Shown here piece by piece: positions 13,467 to 28,399 of a DNA stretch of 64,000 bases. Within the stretch, counting starts at the first letter, position 1. Each line of letters opens with the position of its first letter. The translations under genes and the position numbers were made by a program. Below the pieces are notes generated by a model. It did no database searches, was not told the DNA's origin, and saw only the letters and a program-made list of their open reading frames with translations. This DNA is from Octopus vulgaris (lineage: Eukaryota): contig OX597832.1 in NCBI GenBank assembly GCA_951406725.2, positions 22,568,001 to 22,632,000 on the forward strand, written 5' to 3'.

Positions 13467-13983
13467 GTATAGTTATCTAAATCTTGTGAATGGTTACGGT
13501 TCTATTTTGGTACTGATGTATGGTCATTCAATTTCGTTTCATCTTACCTTCATTCAAAAGAGAAACTTCATCAAACGTATGCGATTCCATTACCATATAA
13601 TTCCAAATGTCAATTAGAAACCAATGAATTCCATTCTTCCAGCATTCACAAGATTCTTGCATTCCTTGAAAATCGTTTGAATATTACTTTTATGTGAAGA
13701 AATACGTTGAAGAGAGATAATCCGAGAAAATTATTTTCTCAGATAAACCGTCAGATAATTTTCTCTGAAAATTTCCATCGCGTGACTTATATCCAAACGT
13801 ATATTTGTATGTCCGCGTGTCAATGTTCTTTTCCATGTTTACGGCATAGATGTAAAGGCAATCGTACACATAGACGCATCCGTTCAAAATACTAACACTT
13901 TGGTATTTTTGTACGGTTTCACAGAGAAATTGAATGACTGAATCTTATGCCAAATAGCGTGTGCAACTTGTGTGACTCCACTA

Positions 13984-14041
<58 letters not shown>

Positions 14042-14232
14042 ATAGTATATAGGAGCATACACCACACACGATAGAGTGTATGTGTGTATGATGTTCATAT
14101 ATAATATATTCATGCATACCTGTACACGCACAGACGCATGCATACATATATAACATACATATACGTATTTGTATATAATTATAAGTTTACGTATATATAT
14201 GTAAAGATATGTATAAATATGTATATATATGC

Positions 14233-14268
<36 letters not shown>

Positions 14269-14274
14269 GTTTAT

Positions 14275-14307
<33 letters not shown>

Positions 14308-14385
14308 TATATATATATGTATATATATGCATATATATATGCATATGTATACATGTATATGTATATGTATACATAATTATACATA

Positions 14386-14436
<51 letters not shown>

Positions 14437-14492
14437 GTGTGAATATGTAAGTATATATGTATACACACACACATATATATATATATATATAT

Positions 14493-15533
14493 GTTAATAA
14501 AATAGAACATATGCATATATATAAACATATATGTACGTACCTACCTCTACATGTACATATACACGCATATATGTGTACAGGACACCAAAAAGACGTCGAA
14601 CACATACAGAGACGAAAAACATAGACACAAACCAAGGAACAGGACAAGCAAAAAAAAAGGGATACAGGACAATAAGCACAACGAAAAATCCCCTTCTTCA
14701 GTCGCTAAGGTTTCATCTACTCTACGTTTCGAAGGATAAAAGCGAGACGTATCTTCGAAGAAACTTCCTTCCTGCGAAAAGCAAATCAATTAAAATTCTG
14801 AGATCTTTTCGCAGAGGGGTAAAAAATGGTAAAAAAAAAAGCAAGACGGTAACGACAGTACAAACATATAAACAGTAAAAATATATATATAAACAGTGGA
14901 AAAATAAATATATAACAGTGAGAGACAGGACAAGGAGAACAAGATAAGAAGGGCTGTTTACGCCAGACGAAAAAAGTATTGCAAACGCTGGATTATAGTG
15001 GACGACGAGAGAGAAGGAATGTCGATCAGTAGCCTTAGAAGGCGGGCGAGAAAAGACAGGATAGCAGTTACGACGGAAGTATCGTCGCAGATGGACGACG
15101 GGAATGGGGGAGGAGGAGCAAGAGGAAGAGAGAGAAGAAGGGGAATGGTGCGAGGAGACCATGAAGAATGGTGAGGGGGAGAGAGAGAATGAAGAATGAG
15201 AGAGAGAGAATGAAGAATGAGAGAGAGAGGAAGAGACAAGTTAAGTGAGGGAAAAAAGACGAAAAAGGGAATGGAATAGAAAGAAAGAAAGATGCAGAGT
15301 CGCGTGAGAGTTAATATCAAGGCTAACTTGATAAACAGAACAATCTTACTTAATAGGGTGCGTGCGTTTAGTCGTATAATATGTTAATAAAATAGAACAT
15401 ATGCATATATATAAACATATATGTACGTACCTACCTCTACATGTACATATACACGCATATATGTGTACAGGACACCAAAAAGACGTCGAACACATAGAGA
15501 GACGAAAAACATAGACACAAACCAAGGAACAGG

Positions 15534-15537
<4 letters not shown>
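14493..15537 (-). mobile_element. Non-coding element with ~155 bp terminal direct repeats (pseudo-LTR-like) between (TA)n tracts; probably Penelope-like derived
   Basis: 14493-14647 is almost identical to 15383-15537. An inverted homolog lies at 35510-35853. Confidence 0.7.
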
Positions 15538-15569
<32 letters not shown>

Positions 15570-15625
15570 TACAAATATTTGCACATATCTGTTTTCATAC
15601 ACATTGTATGTGAATATATAATGAA

Positions 15626-15664
<39 letters not shown>

Positions 15665-16282
15665 CATAAAAACACACAAGCACACGAGCGGGAGAAAGAT
15701 CAAGAAGAGACAGAAAGAATGAGCGAGAGACAGAAAGAGAGAAAGCGAAAGAGATGAGAGGTAGAAATTTTAACAGACAGAGAAAGCGATAAACAAACAC
15801 CGTCTAATATTCTGGCGCCAGTGATATCTCCACGCGTACCTTTGCTTAATCATTTGTGCTGGTGATATGAAAATTATCCACGAGCAGTAAGAGATAACAG
15901 CGCGTACATGTTTCGTATCTTCTGATGTATATCAGCAATGAATTCTACTGCCATTCTTATTAGACTAAATTTTTAAAGAGATATTTCTTCTTCTGTAAAT
16001 TATTATATTGCAATATAATTTTTTTTATTTTCGTACGGTTTGTGTTTGACTGAAGATATTTTGCTTTCGTATGAAATATGCTTCTTCCATATTTCAGCAA
16101 GCATGTATCTGACCTTTTATGCTGTAGTCTCTTTAGTTGCATGATATATATATAATTAGGTTATAGGTTGGTGGTAACTTTGTCCATTTTTAATAACATC
16201 TTTCGGTGTTGGTTTTGCTAGTTTCCGGAACAGAGCTGAATTTCAAACATTGAGAGAAACTAAGTGCATATATAAATATACA

Positions 16283-16346
<64 letters not shown>

Positions 16347-16527
16347 TGTATATACATAAATATATATATTATATATATATATGCATATATATACATATAT
16401 ATGTATGTAAGTATATATATATATATATTCATATACATATACATACACACATACATGTATGTATATATATATATGTATATATATATATAAAGAGAGAGAG
16501 TAAAAGCAGTTTTAATGCCAAAAGCTA

Positions 16528-16790
16528 AGATATTCACCACTTAAAAGGGGATGATGCCTTTGAACACACAATACTACGATATTTACAAAGAGAGGAAGTC
16601 TCATATGGGTTTCCGGTGCATAAAAGCACGTGATGATTATCACCAGCGGAAGTGGGGGTTATTGTCTATGGTGGCGTTAACTGTGATATGCTTTTATGCA
16701 TCTTAAAACCATACGAGAATTTCTGTCTTAGTATATATCGACGTATTGTGTGTTCTAACGCAACATCCACTTTGATGTGGTGAATATTTT
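16528..16790. mobile_element. Diverged foldback/MITE-like element
   Basis: Arms ATATTCACCAC...GAACACACAATAC...TGCATAAAAGCA and TGCTTTTATGCA...GTATTGTGTGTTC...GTGGTGAATAT are imperfect reverse complements. Confidence 0.8.
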
Positions 16791-16827
16791 ACCCTTATAT
16801 ATATATATATGCACAAATATATATGTA

Positions 16828-17505
16828 TTGGGTCATCCCATAAATAATGCGGTTTTTTTTTCAGTTGCATGAACTAAAAGTCGGAGGGGGTACGGGATAA
16901 ACTATCTGCATTAACTTGGTATAAAAGCAGGTAGTAATTTTACCCATTTTTCCATATTCTCTGTGCAAGTTTTGGGGAGAGCAGTTCGATTTTAACAGTA
17001 TTTCTGTCAAAGCTATAATGGAAGTGACAAAGGAGCATATTCGGCATATTTTGCTTTATGAGTTCAATAAAGGTAACGACTCAACGGAAAGTGCGAGGAA
17101 TATTAAAGCAGTATATGGGGATCGGACAATAAGCGTAAACCAGTTTCAACGATGGTTCCTAGAAGACGAACCACGTCCTGGAAGATCTGTAGAGCTCGAC
17201 GAGGTGGAACAAAATCCCATCGTAACTTTTGAGGAACTAGTAGAGATGCTTGGGTTTGGTCATTCAACTATTCACCGACAGCCTGCGTGCCATCGTAAAA
17301 GTCAGCAAATTGTGTCTATGGGTTCTTCGTAAACTTTCCGAGTCTAATAGCGCGCAGAGAGTGAATGTATGCTCTTCTTTGCTGTCACGCATATCGAATG
17401 AACTTTTGGGGGTTGAATAGCGACAGGTGGCGAGAAATTGGTTCTCTATAAAAATGTCAAGCGGCGAAGACAGTGAATAGGGAAAGGCGAAACACCGGCA
17501 CCCCA
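16828..17505 (+). mobile_element. mariner transposon 5' remnant with pseudogenised transposase (ATG at 17018)
   Basis: TA-TTGGGTCATCCCATAAATAATGCGG TIR-like start. Translation MEVTKEHIRHILLYEFNKG...QRWF..LEDEPRPGR...GHSTIHR, then frameshifted WV-L-R-K-L and IATGGEK (vs TGDEKW) motifs. Confidence 0.92.
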
Positions 17506-19336
17506 CGTTTTCTGAGTAACGTAAGAAAAGTTTAGAAAGGAGACTGCAGATAGATTGAAAACATGTTCGTAAAACAGTCGTTGTAAGAGGTAAAATAAAC
17601 ATACGAAGGGAAGAAGGTTCCAGATCTAAGACTCTGTTATCAGATGTATATGAATGAAATAGTTGAATAGGTGAATACAGTATAGATAGATATATCGATA
17701 AAACATCACGCTCCAAGAAGCAGTGAGAGCTAGATGTGATATAAATAATTACAAGTTTGCTAACTGATCGGTTTGGTTTGATGCTGATGATCCCATAGGA
17801 TAGCTGCAGCATCATTGATGCACAAAATTTGAATAAAAGGAAAGGAAACAAGCAAAAAGCAAACGACGAAACTCATGTAACAGTTACATAAAATGAAAAT
17901 AACAATGGCAGCCATATCTTATGCGATAAGTTATGAATGAGATAACAGCTACATCGATATCCGTAGCTACAATAGAGATATGATGGTAACAGCTACACTC
18001 GCAGCTAAAACTTATGAAAGAGATAGCAACAGCGATGTATGAATTCTGGGAGAGAAGAGAAGGTAATAAACAAGAGCAACAAATATGGCGGACTGCATGG
18101 CTGTTCGGTAATAATGAGATAAGAAAAGAACCGTGGATCTGAAAGGAATCCGTTGTGGCTTGTGATTGAATTACAGCATTAATGATTTCCAATGCAGCTC
18201 CCTTGAAATCTGATGGTAAGAAGGAGTGAAAGATTCAACTGAAAAGAATTTGGAATGTGACATAATGACTGCAATATATCTATTTTAATTGACATTAGTG
18301 TGATGTCAGGTGGTGTCCGAACAATACAGGTGTGGTCTTTCATCACCCTCTCCCCCTCTCTCTCTCGTTCTCCCTCTCGCGCTCTCTTCAAGTGGATATA
18401 AACTAAGTGGCTGCTCCTTTCAGAACAGAATTCGTCAATGTTGAATAATTCAACAAGTCCTGATTCCAGTTCGTTCTGCTTCGATTGATGGATTTCAATA
18501 CATTCCCAAAGATATATTCATAATCCAGTACTTATACTTATCGCTCTAAGCTTCAAATAATATATATGATATATTACTAGATATATTACACGACTTATTC
18601 TGTCTGAAATATCTTCAAACCTTCAACACAGAAAAAAAAATGAGACCACTGTTGATTTCACAAATATAATGAAAGACGATGATTTGGTTCTGGCTACCAA
18701 CCACAGGTACCATATAAATTTCAATAAATATTCAGCATTTAAGGATGCTTTCACAAAAATGTATGCACACCTCAGTTCACAATTCCAGTGGCAACTAATG
18801 TTTCATTTATAAGAAATAGATACGTTGAGACGTATCAAAATGTTCGCATTTCCGTGAATATATTTATATTTATGAGTTTAGGAATGCGTATTTGTATAGA
18901 ATGTATATATTTATTGAAATACAAATATGGAAAACGTATAAAAATCAAATCATACTTTAAGTATACAGGCATATTATTCCCCACAAAATGTGGACTTACA
19001 TCGCATTTAAAGATCTACAGATAAACACACACACACATGCATACATACAAAAAGTATATACACACACACACACATATATACATATATATACCTATCTACT
19101 AATCTTTCAACCTCTTTCTGTATATCTGTCTGTCTCTCCCCCTAATCATCAATCTATCTATATGTGTATAACTTTCTATATATTCATTTTTATGAATGTA
19201 GAGTTACACATGCAGACTCACACACATATATACACATATTCATACATATATTTATATACAGGTACGTATCTAATATATATTAAAACACACATACAATTAG
19301 CCTCACACATCTATATATATTACATAAGTACATGTA

Positions 19337-19383
<47 letters not shown>

Positions 19384-19829
19384 AATAATTATATATATAT
19401 ATAATTATGAAATAAAAAAAATCGCGAGAAGTACTAAAATAATAAATGCATATATATATATACATATGCATTTATCATATATATATATATGTGATAAAAT
19501 TGTAAATATTCTACTTAATACCACAGATTTGCTTGTCAGTTGTTTGACCTTAAAACGTTGAGCATGTCCAGGGGTGGTTAACGATATGTGCATCTCTGAT
19601 CACAAGCAGAAGTAATTGGGGAGCATCGTAGACAACCAAATAAAACAAGACACTTATGCCCACTACTTAACATTTCTCTTCTTTCAATAACCCTGGTAGA
19701 TGTTTGAGATATTTCTAATGTGTAAAGTCTCTTTAGATTCGATCGCGTAAGGAAGAGATGTGAAACAAAACACCACCGGCGTTAATGACACTCTACCTAC
19801 CTTAAAAATTGTTACCTAAGAGGAAGGAT

Positions 19830-20380
19830 TAGTCGACTCCATTGACTCCAGCACAAGACTGGCACTGTTATTGATCCCTGGGTGAGGGAAGGTGAAGTTA
19901 ATCACGGCGGGACTTGAACTGAAACTAATACCTATTTCTTTACTACCCACAAGGAGCTAAACACAGAGGGGACAAACAAGAACAAACGGATTAAGTCGAT
20001 TACATCGATCCCAGTGCGTAACTGGTACCTATTTAATCGACCCCGAAAGAATGAAAGGCAAAGTCGACCTCGGCGGAATTTGAACTCAGAACGTAGCGGC
20101 AGACGAAATACCTATTAGGGACGGGACAACAAGAACAAACGGATTAAGTCGATTACATCGATCCCAGTGCGTAACTGGTACCTATTTAATCGACCCCGAA
20201 AGAATGAAAGACAAAGTCGACCTCGGCGGAATTTGAACTCAGAACTTAGCGACAGACGAAATACCGCAAAGCATTTCGCCAGGCGTGCTAACGATTCTGC
20301 CAGCTCGCCGCCTTTAAACTTGAAACTGTAACTAATGCCTCAAAGCGCTAACGATTCGGCCAACTCGTCATCTTTTCAGC
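19830..20380 (-). mobile_element. SINE family B with near-identical internal ~140 bp duplication
   Basis: AACAAACGGATTAAGTCG...GACGAAATACC repeated at ~19975-20112 and ~20127-20265. The head GGCGGCGAGCTGGCAGAATCG is at ~20312 on the minus strand. Confidence 0.88.
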
Positions 20381-20955
20381 TGCGTTGATGATGGACAGAA
20401 AGAAATGTAGACACGACCTTCAGTTTAGTTAGAAAAATAAATGCAGAGGGGCTGATCTTTGCGAGTCACCTCTATTTTTCAGCAAAGGAGATATTAATAA
20501 GTTTTAGATTCTCTACATCAAGGACTGCAGAAAGAAAAGAAAATATGTGTATCAGGCAGGATTTCCAAAGAGGTAGCCAAATGTGAAGAGAGTTGGAGAA
20601 AAATTGGTCTGTAGTGTATCTGGAAAGGCAAGGCAAGGCAAGGCACCGCATGAGTAACGAGAGAAGAGATGGATGTGTGTATCAGATGACCTTAGCTAGA
20701 GGTTTACACAATAAGACAGCGTTTAGAAGAGATGGTATTGAAAAGAAGTAGAGAAAAAAAGCATGAGAGAGAGAGAGAAGAGAGAAAATCTGTGAGAGAG
20801 AGAGAGAAGAGAGAAAGTCTGTGAGAGAGAGAGAGAAGAGAGAAAGTCTGTGAGTGTGTGTGAGAGAGAAGTGTGTGTGAGAGAGAATAGGAAAGAAAGT
20901 GCGAGAGAGAGTAAAGGTAAGAAAGAAATACTGTGTGTGTTTGTGTATATGTGTG

Positions 20956-20990
<35 letters not shown>

Positions 20991-21682
20991 AAGCATGAGA
21001 GAGAGAGAGAGAGAGAAAGTATGTGTGAGAGAGAGAGAGAAGAGAAGAAAGAATGATTGTGTAAGCGTGAGAGAGTAGGAAGGAAAGTGTGAGAGAGAGT
21101 AAAGGTAAGAAAGAAATACTGTGTGTGTTTGTGTATAGGTGTGAGAGGGAGAGAGAGCGTGTGTGAGAGTGTGTAAGTGTGCGGTTGCGTCTGCGTAAAC
21201 AGCGGGATTTGTGCCAGAGGTTTAAATGTACGGATGATTGAGACGTTATTGATCAATTTCATGGTCTTTCCTCCGACGCACTCTTAAGTGTTTGCGTCGG
21301 ATATTGGCTGAAATAAAGATACGTTCATATATCAAAGAAGAAAGAGGAAACGAGAAAGATAGCCAAAGTTAGAGGTGCGTACGTGGTAGCTACGGCTTCT
21401 TTAAATAAACAATAAAATCTTCCTTAGATCGTACCGTATTTGTTTAAATAAATAAATAAACGAAACATATCCTCATATCGCCATTTTCGAGAAAAGTTGA
21501 AAGGAAGGAGAGGGGCCATGAACTGGAATGTTTGATCATAACTTTGACCAGTCAAGTCTGACAAGACGAATAACAGTAACAGCAGCGTCAACAATACTTA
21601 CAACAACAACAACAACAACAATAGCAACGAACAAAACAAGATTTATTGTATTATACGGCAAATTATGAAACGCTTTGCTTAC

Positions 21683-21979
21683 CTTTATTGGAACACAAAG
21701 AACGATGAGAAGGAGATCAGCCGATGCCAAACTGAGAAGGAAAATATTTGTGAGCGTTCTCATTCTTCGGTAATGTGCTATGGAGAATATAACCAATGCA
21801 TTACCAGTTACTCCGAGAATTAAAGTTAGACCGTACATAATAGCCACTGGTATCAATTCCAAGAGAGGTAAGGTGCTGATTGAAGCGTGATAGTCGTATG
21901 TGTATTCTTCACTTTCGCTATCGTTCGTATTAGAAGTATTTGTAGATAAATCCGAGTAAAAATCAATTTCCTCCTCCAT
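21683..21979 (-). CDS. First coding exon (99 codons; N-terminus, TM1, ICL1, TM2) of a class A neuropeptide GPCR (QRFP/galanin/CCK/orexin-receptor-like)
   Basis: Acidic N-terminus with N-glycosylation sequons NTS and NDS, TM1 GVTGNALVI (GN1.50), RRMRTLTNIFLLSLASADLL (LAxAD 2.50) and CVP. A phase-0 donor AAG|GTAAGC at 21683/21682 is where homology stops. Confidence 0.93.
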
Positions 21980-22150
21980 CTCGAATGACGTATATTTATA
22001 TTTGTACGTATGTATGTGTTTATTTATGTATATATATGTATATTTATATATCCCTAATGTACCAATAATGACTACTGGAAACAGGTGTAAGCCAAATGTG
22101 CTCCAATAAAGGAGTAATATGTAATGACCATTATTTTTTACTTGCTTCTC

Positions 22151-22230
<80 letters not shown>

Positions 22231-22558
22231 GTATATATATATTAATAAATATTTATAACGTTTTCTCTAATATCTTTCAATCGAAAAAATTTGCTTTGAC
22301 TTGTCTATAAGACGTTTCGGAAAAATATTTTTCTCGCTCATCTTGGATCTATCAAACGCATATTTTATAGAGATTGTTGGATTGCCAAACCTGTGTCACA
22401 CGGTTTCAGTAATATTCATGGCGATTAAACAATCATACAAGGATATGCTTTTCTCAGTGCTGAGAAATTACACCTCCAGGCCTATAGCCTGACGAAAGAC
22501 TAACATGGAATGGGTGTATATATATTATATATTATATATATATATATTATATATTATG

Positions 22559-22599
<41 letters not shown>

Positions 22600-23059
22600 T
22601 TTCAGGTTATATTTTAAAATATTTTGCGGTTATATTTTCTCATTAGACGACATGCATATATATATGCGCATGCATCTATGTATGTATGTGTGTATGTATG
22701 TATGTACGCATATATGTATGTATGTGTGCGTGTGCGTGTGTTCGTGCGTATGAGTACAATTATGTAGCTTAGTTGAAATCAATCTTCAATATCTTCGACA
22801 CAGCTTTTGCAACATTGTGTAAAAATAAAAGTAATAAAAATGAAAATTAAAAAAAGAAAAAGTGTTTTAAACTAGAAAATGTGTCAGGCCGCATCTTTCT
22901 TTTTTTCCTTTGTAAGTTCGTCAAAGTAAAGAAAAAAAGAAAGAAAAAAAAAAAGCAAATATGGATTTTGGTGCTTTACAAGTAGTAAAGAATATTTTAG
23001 TTTATTTCCATCTAAAATAGTTATTTTCAGGGTAGTAATCCAAAAAATGGAAGTACGAA

Positions 23060-23642
<583 letters not shown>

Positions 23643-23980
23643 CTTTCAAGAAACCAATTATCGAACGTTTCTCGGAAAGCAACAACAACACATGCTCACA
23701 CTGGTTTCACAAACGATATTTAATTTAGTTTTGTTTAATTTTCTGGTCTATTAAATTTATATGTTGTCTAGAAATTCATTGTTTATCACGACAAGCTATT
23801 TTCAGTGAACTTTGATCGCCGATTCCTTAATTATATTTTTCTTGTACAAAAATTATATCCCGCGGCATTTCTGTCTGTGTTTTGTCTTTAATATTTTTCT
23901 TAGCTTGTTGGAAAGCATTTCATAGTGCTGTGACGTAATGCATCATCTTAGAAGCAGCCATGTTGGGAAGTTTTTGATAT

Positions 23981-24003
23981 CTGTAAAAGAGAAAGTGAAA
24001 GTA
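23981..24003 (-). promoter_or_regulatory. Candidate splice acceptor for a 5' UTR exon of the GPCR
   Basis: Minus strand reads TACTTTCACTTTCTCTTTTACAG|ATATC, a strong polypyrimidine tract plus CAG, 2 kb upstream of the ATG. Confidence 0.45.
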
Positions 24004-24282
24004 ATAAAATGATGAAATACATTAAAAGATGTAAAGAAATCGATAAAATGATTAGAGATATGTAATTTAAATTAATTTTACAACATATTTTAGAGCAATT
24101 TTATATAGTTGATCGAAATTCGCCCCTGATCGAAAGTGAGGACTGGAGCAATAGGATCAAGACAGATTGTAAATCCTAAATCCTCAAATGTGGATGAAGA
24201 ACCTTCCATAAGGAGCTGCAGTAGTTCCTCAGTCTAGATTACAAGTCTAGACCACAAGCATCAGTGTACAGGTCACGAATCT

Positions 24283-24653
24283 ATGTGGTAAGTAGCTTGC
24301 TTACCAGCCACATGGTTCCGGGTTCAGTACCACTGAGTGGCACCTTGGGCAAGTGTCTTCTACTATAGCCTCGGGCCGACCAAAGCCTTGTAAGTGGATC
24401 TGGTAGATGGAAACTGAAAGAAGCCCGCCGTATATATGTATATGTATATATATGTGTGTGTGTTTGTGTGTGTGTTTGTGTGTCTGTGTTTGTCCCCCTA
24501 ACATCGCTTGACAACCGATGTTGGTGTGTTTACAGAGAACCGATGTTGGTGTGCTTACAGAGAATAAGTCCTGGGGTCGATTTCCTCGACGAAAGGCGGT
24601 GCTCTAGCATTGCCGCAGTTAAATGACTGAAACAAGTAAAAGAGTAAAAGAGT
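24283..24653 (+). mobile_element. SINE family A
   Basis: Head, internal TA/TG tract and tail ending GTAAAAGAGTAAAAGAGTA. Confidence 0.9.
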
Positions 24654-24783
24654 ATTTCTTTTTGTTACTGCAGATATATGCATGGACACACACACGCACA
24701 CACACACACACACACACTCACACACGCACATTTATATGTATGAGACAGACAAACATATTTTGTATATTTTCCGATAGTTATTT

Positions 24784-25010
24784 TGGCGGCGAGCTGGCTG
24801 AATAGTTAGCACGCCGGTCAAAATGCTTGTAATATTTCATCTGTCTGTACGCTCCGAGTTCAAATGCCGCCGCTATCGACTTTGCTTTTCACCCTTTTGG
24901 AACCTATAAAATAAGTACGATTTGAGCACTGGGGTCGATCTAATCGACTTAACCACCGTCCCCAAAAAACCTTGAAACTTGCTGGCCTTGTGCCAAAATT
25001 TGAGACCAAT
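24784..25010 (+). mobile_element. SINE family B
   Basis: Starts GGCGGCGAGCTGGCTGAATAGTTAGCACGCCGG and has B-box GAGTTCAAATGCC. Confidence 0.85.
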
Positions 25011-25419
25011 ATTTCTTGCAATTTATTTGGAAATTATTTTTATTCAACATAACTGTAGCATCTCATTTGTATTATATACTAAATTGAAAATATGAAAACC
25101 GCAGACAGATTTAGATATATCTACTTTCAAATATATAAACTTGTTTAGCAATAAGCTACATTATATTGTAATGGTATATGATGTAGTTTTTCTTAGTAGT
25201 TCGAGGAGATACGAATCGTAAAGTACGAATGAACAAATCTGTTGTGATAGAAAGCAGAGAAAAATTATGGCGTTGTAAAAATATGATCATACGAGCGAAT
25301 AACTAATTGAAACGCAGCATGGCCACATGTACTGGAAAATATTACATATTGTTGTATAATATGCAATATGTATGTATGTTTGTTTGTATGTATATTCCTA
25401 TGCATGTATATGTATGTAT

Positions 25420-25548
<129 letters not shown>

Positions 25549-25696
25549 TATAGATAGATAGATGCATATGTACATCTATCACCTACACATTCATTTGTGT
25601 GCCTATCTATCTACCTATCTAATCAATTTCTTTCTCTCCCTCTCTCCTTTATCTAGTTATCAATCTATTTATGTATGTATATAACAATACATACGT

Positions 25697-25766
<70 letters not shown>

Positions 25767-25853
25767 TTATATATATGCACACATATAAAGGTAATTACGT
25801 GCGGGTGCATATATATATATGAATACATATATATATATATATATATATATAAG

Positions 25854-25884
<31 letters not shown>

Positions 25885-25886
25885 AT

Positions 25887-25934
<48 letters not shown>

Positions 25935-26280
25935 TATGCATACATACGTACACACAAATGTATATATTTACTCTTTTTTCAAAGTATCCGCGGAAAAGGA
26001 TGATGAAAATGTACGATACGTGATGAGTATGACTAAATGTAATAACATGGATCAGGAGAGAATATAAATAGAAAATACAAGAAAAAACTGAGTGGTTAGA
26101 CTACTAAGATATAATAAATTAGAAAGGGTAAGAAATGAACGTCAACAAATACATCTCCCCGCTTCTGTTATCAGCTTCTGTAATTGAGTTACCTTTGTAC
26201 GAAATGCTTGCGTAATGCTTGCTCTCTACGAGAGAAACAAACTAGATGTATTGCAATCATGAAATGACAAAGCTGTGTTC

Positions 26281-27180
<900 letters not shown>

Positions 27181-27321
27181 TTGTTTCTATGTTCTATCGT
27201 ATTTGAAATCAATATGAAACGAAAGGCAGTTTTTATTTCTCCAGCCAGTGTTTATCTTGCAAATGCCTGACCTCTTTATTCGTACTGCCATAAGGCGGGA
27301 TTTGGCATATTTCATTAATAA

Positions 27322-27541
27322 GGCGCAGACGTGACTGCGTGGGAAGCAGCTTGCTTCCCAACCGTATGGTTTCGGGTTCAGTCCCACTGCGCGGCATCTT
27401 TTGCAAGTGTCTTCTACTATAGCCTCGGGCAGATCAAAGCCTTGTGAGTGGATTTGATAGACAGAAATTGAAAAAGCACCGTCGTGTATATATATATATA
27501 TATATATATTTATTATATATATATATATATATCTATCTATC

Positions 27542-27576
<35 letters not shown>

Positions 27577-27582
27577 TATATA

Positions 27583-27629
<47 letters not shown>

Positions 27630-28028
27630 TTAATAAGGGTGATAGAATTAGATACTAATTTAATAGTAACGCTATTCAACGGCGCGCTGTTGGTAGGGGC
27701 ATTTGAATTATAACGGTGAGTGTAATCGGCTGGACCGCACGCGTATTTATCGTTATGGTAAAAATCTGGCGTGCGATCGAGTTGATTATATTCGGATAAG
27801 TTTTGGCTGATGAGCTGCAAGTGAATTGATGTGAGTAAAATTACATTTAATTCAATAACAGCGAAACAATTGTCCCAAAATAATCTGTATTTTTGTTATT
27901 TTTATCTGCCCTGTTCGTTTGAGCTAACAATCGTACTGACTTTCACGAGAAACATATATACTTTGTGGTTGAAACCTATCGGAGCCATTTCTGGTGCAAG
28001 AGTGGGCCACATAGTGACCACTCTCTTA

Positions 28029-28123
<95 letters not shown>

Positions 28124-28208
28124 AGTACTAAGCTTACACAGAATTAGTCATGGGGCCGATTTCTTGGACTAAATGCGGTGCTCCAGCATGACAGTCAAAT
28201 GACTAAAG
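27322..28208 (+). mobile_element. SINE family A split by a ~400 bp hammerhead-bearing insert (27626-28030)
   Basis: Head at 27322-27486 and tail AAGTACTAAGCTTAC...GCGGTGCTCCAGCATG at 28122-28208. The insert is bounded by (TA)n. Confidence 0.85.
27801..27880 (+). ncRNA. Type I hammerhead ribozyme, intact catalytic core
   Basis: TTTTGG-CTGATGA-GCTG...CAGC-GAAAC-AATT-GTC-CCAAAA. Stem I has 6 bp, stem II is GCTG/CAGC plus a distal helix, and stem III is the palindrome ACAATTGT. Predicted cleavage is after C27874. Confidence 0.9.
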
Positions 28209-28399
28209 CATGTAAAAGAAAAAAAAAGTGTAATAAGGTGGGCGGTAACATATTTAAGTCAGAGTTGACCGCATTTATTTCGAATTAATTTTAATTAATC
28301 TAAATTCCGGTTTGTCACTTTCGTCTTCTCTATTTAAAACTGGACATTAAAATATTGAATTTTTCACATCGATGCAATTAAAATTTCGATGTTCATTAA

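Noticed and set aside
17505-18340. Possible coding or LINE ORF1 remnant after the mariner fragment
   Set aside because: No recognisable motif in any frame read, and multiple stops.
21536-21682. C-terminal part of the 147 aa ORF (VSKAFHN...VVVVV) as a third TM helix
   Set aside because: It lies after the AAG|GTAAGC donor, and its hydrophobicity comes from a (GTT)n tract. This is intron read-through.
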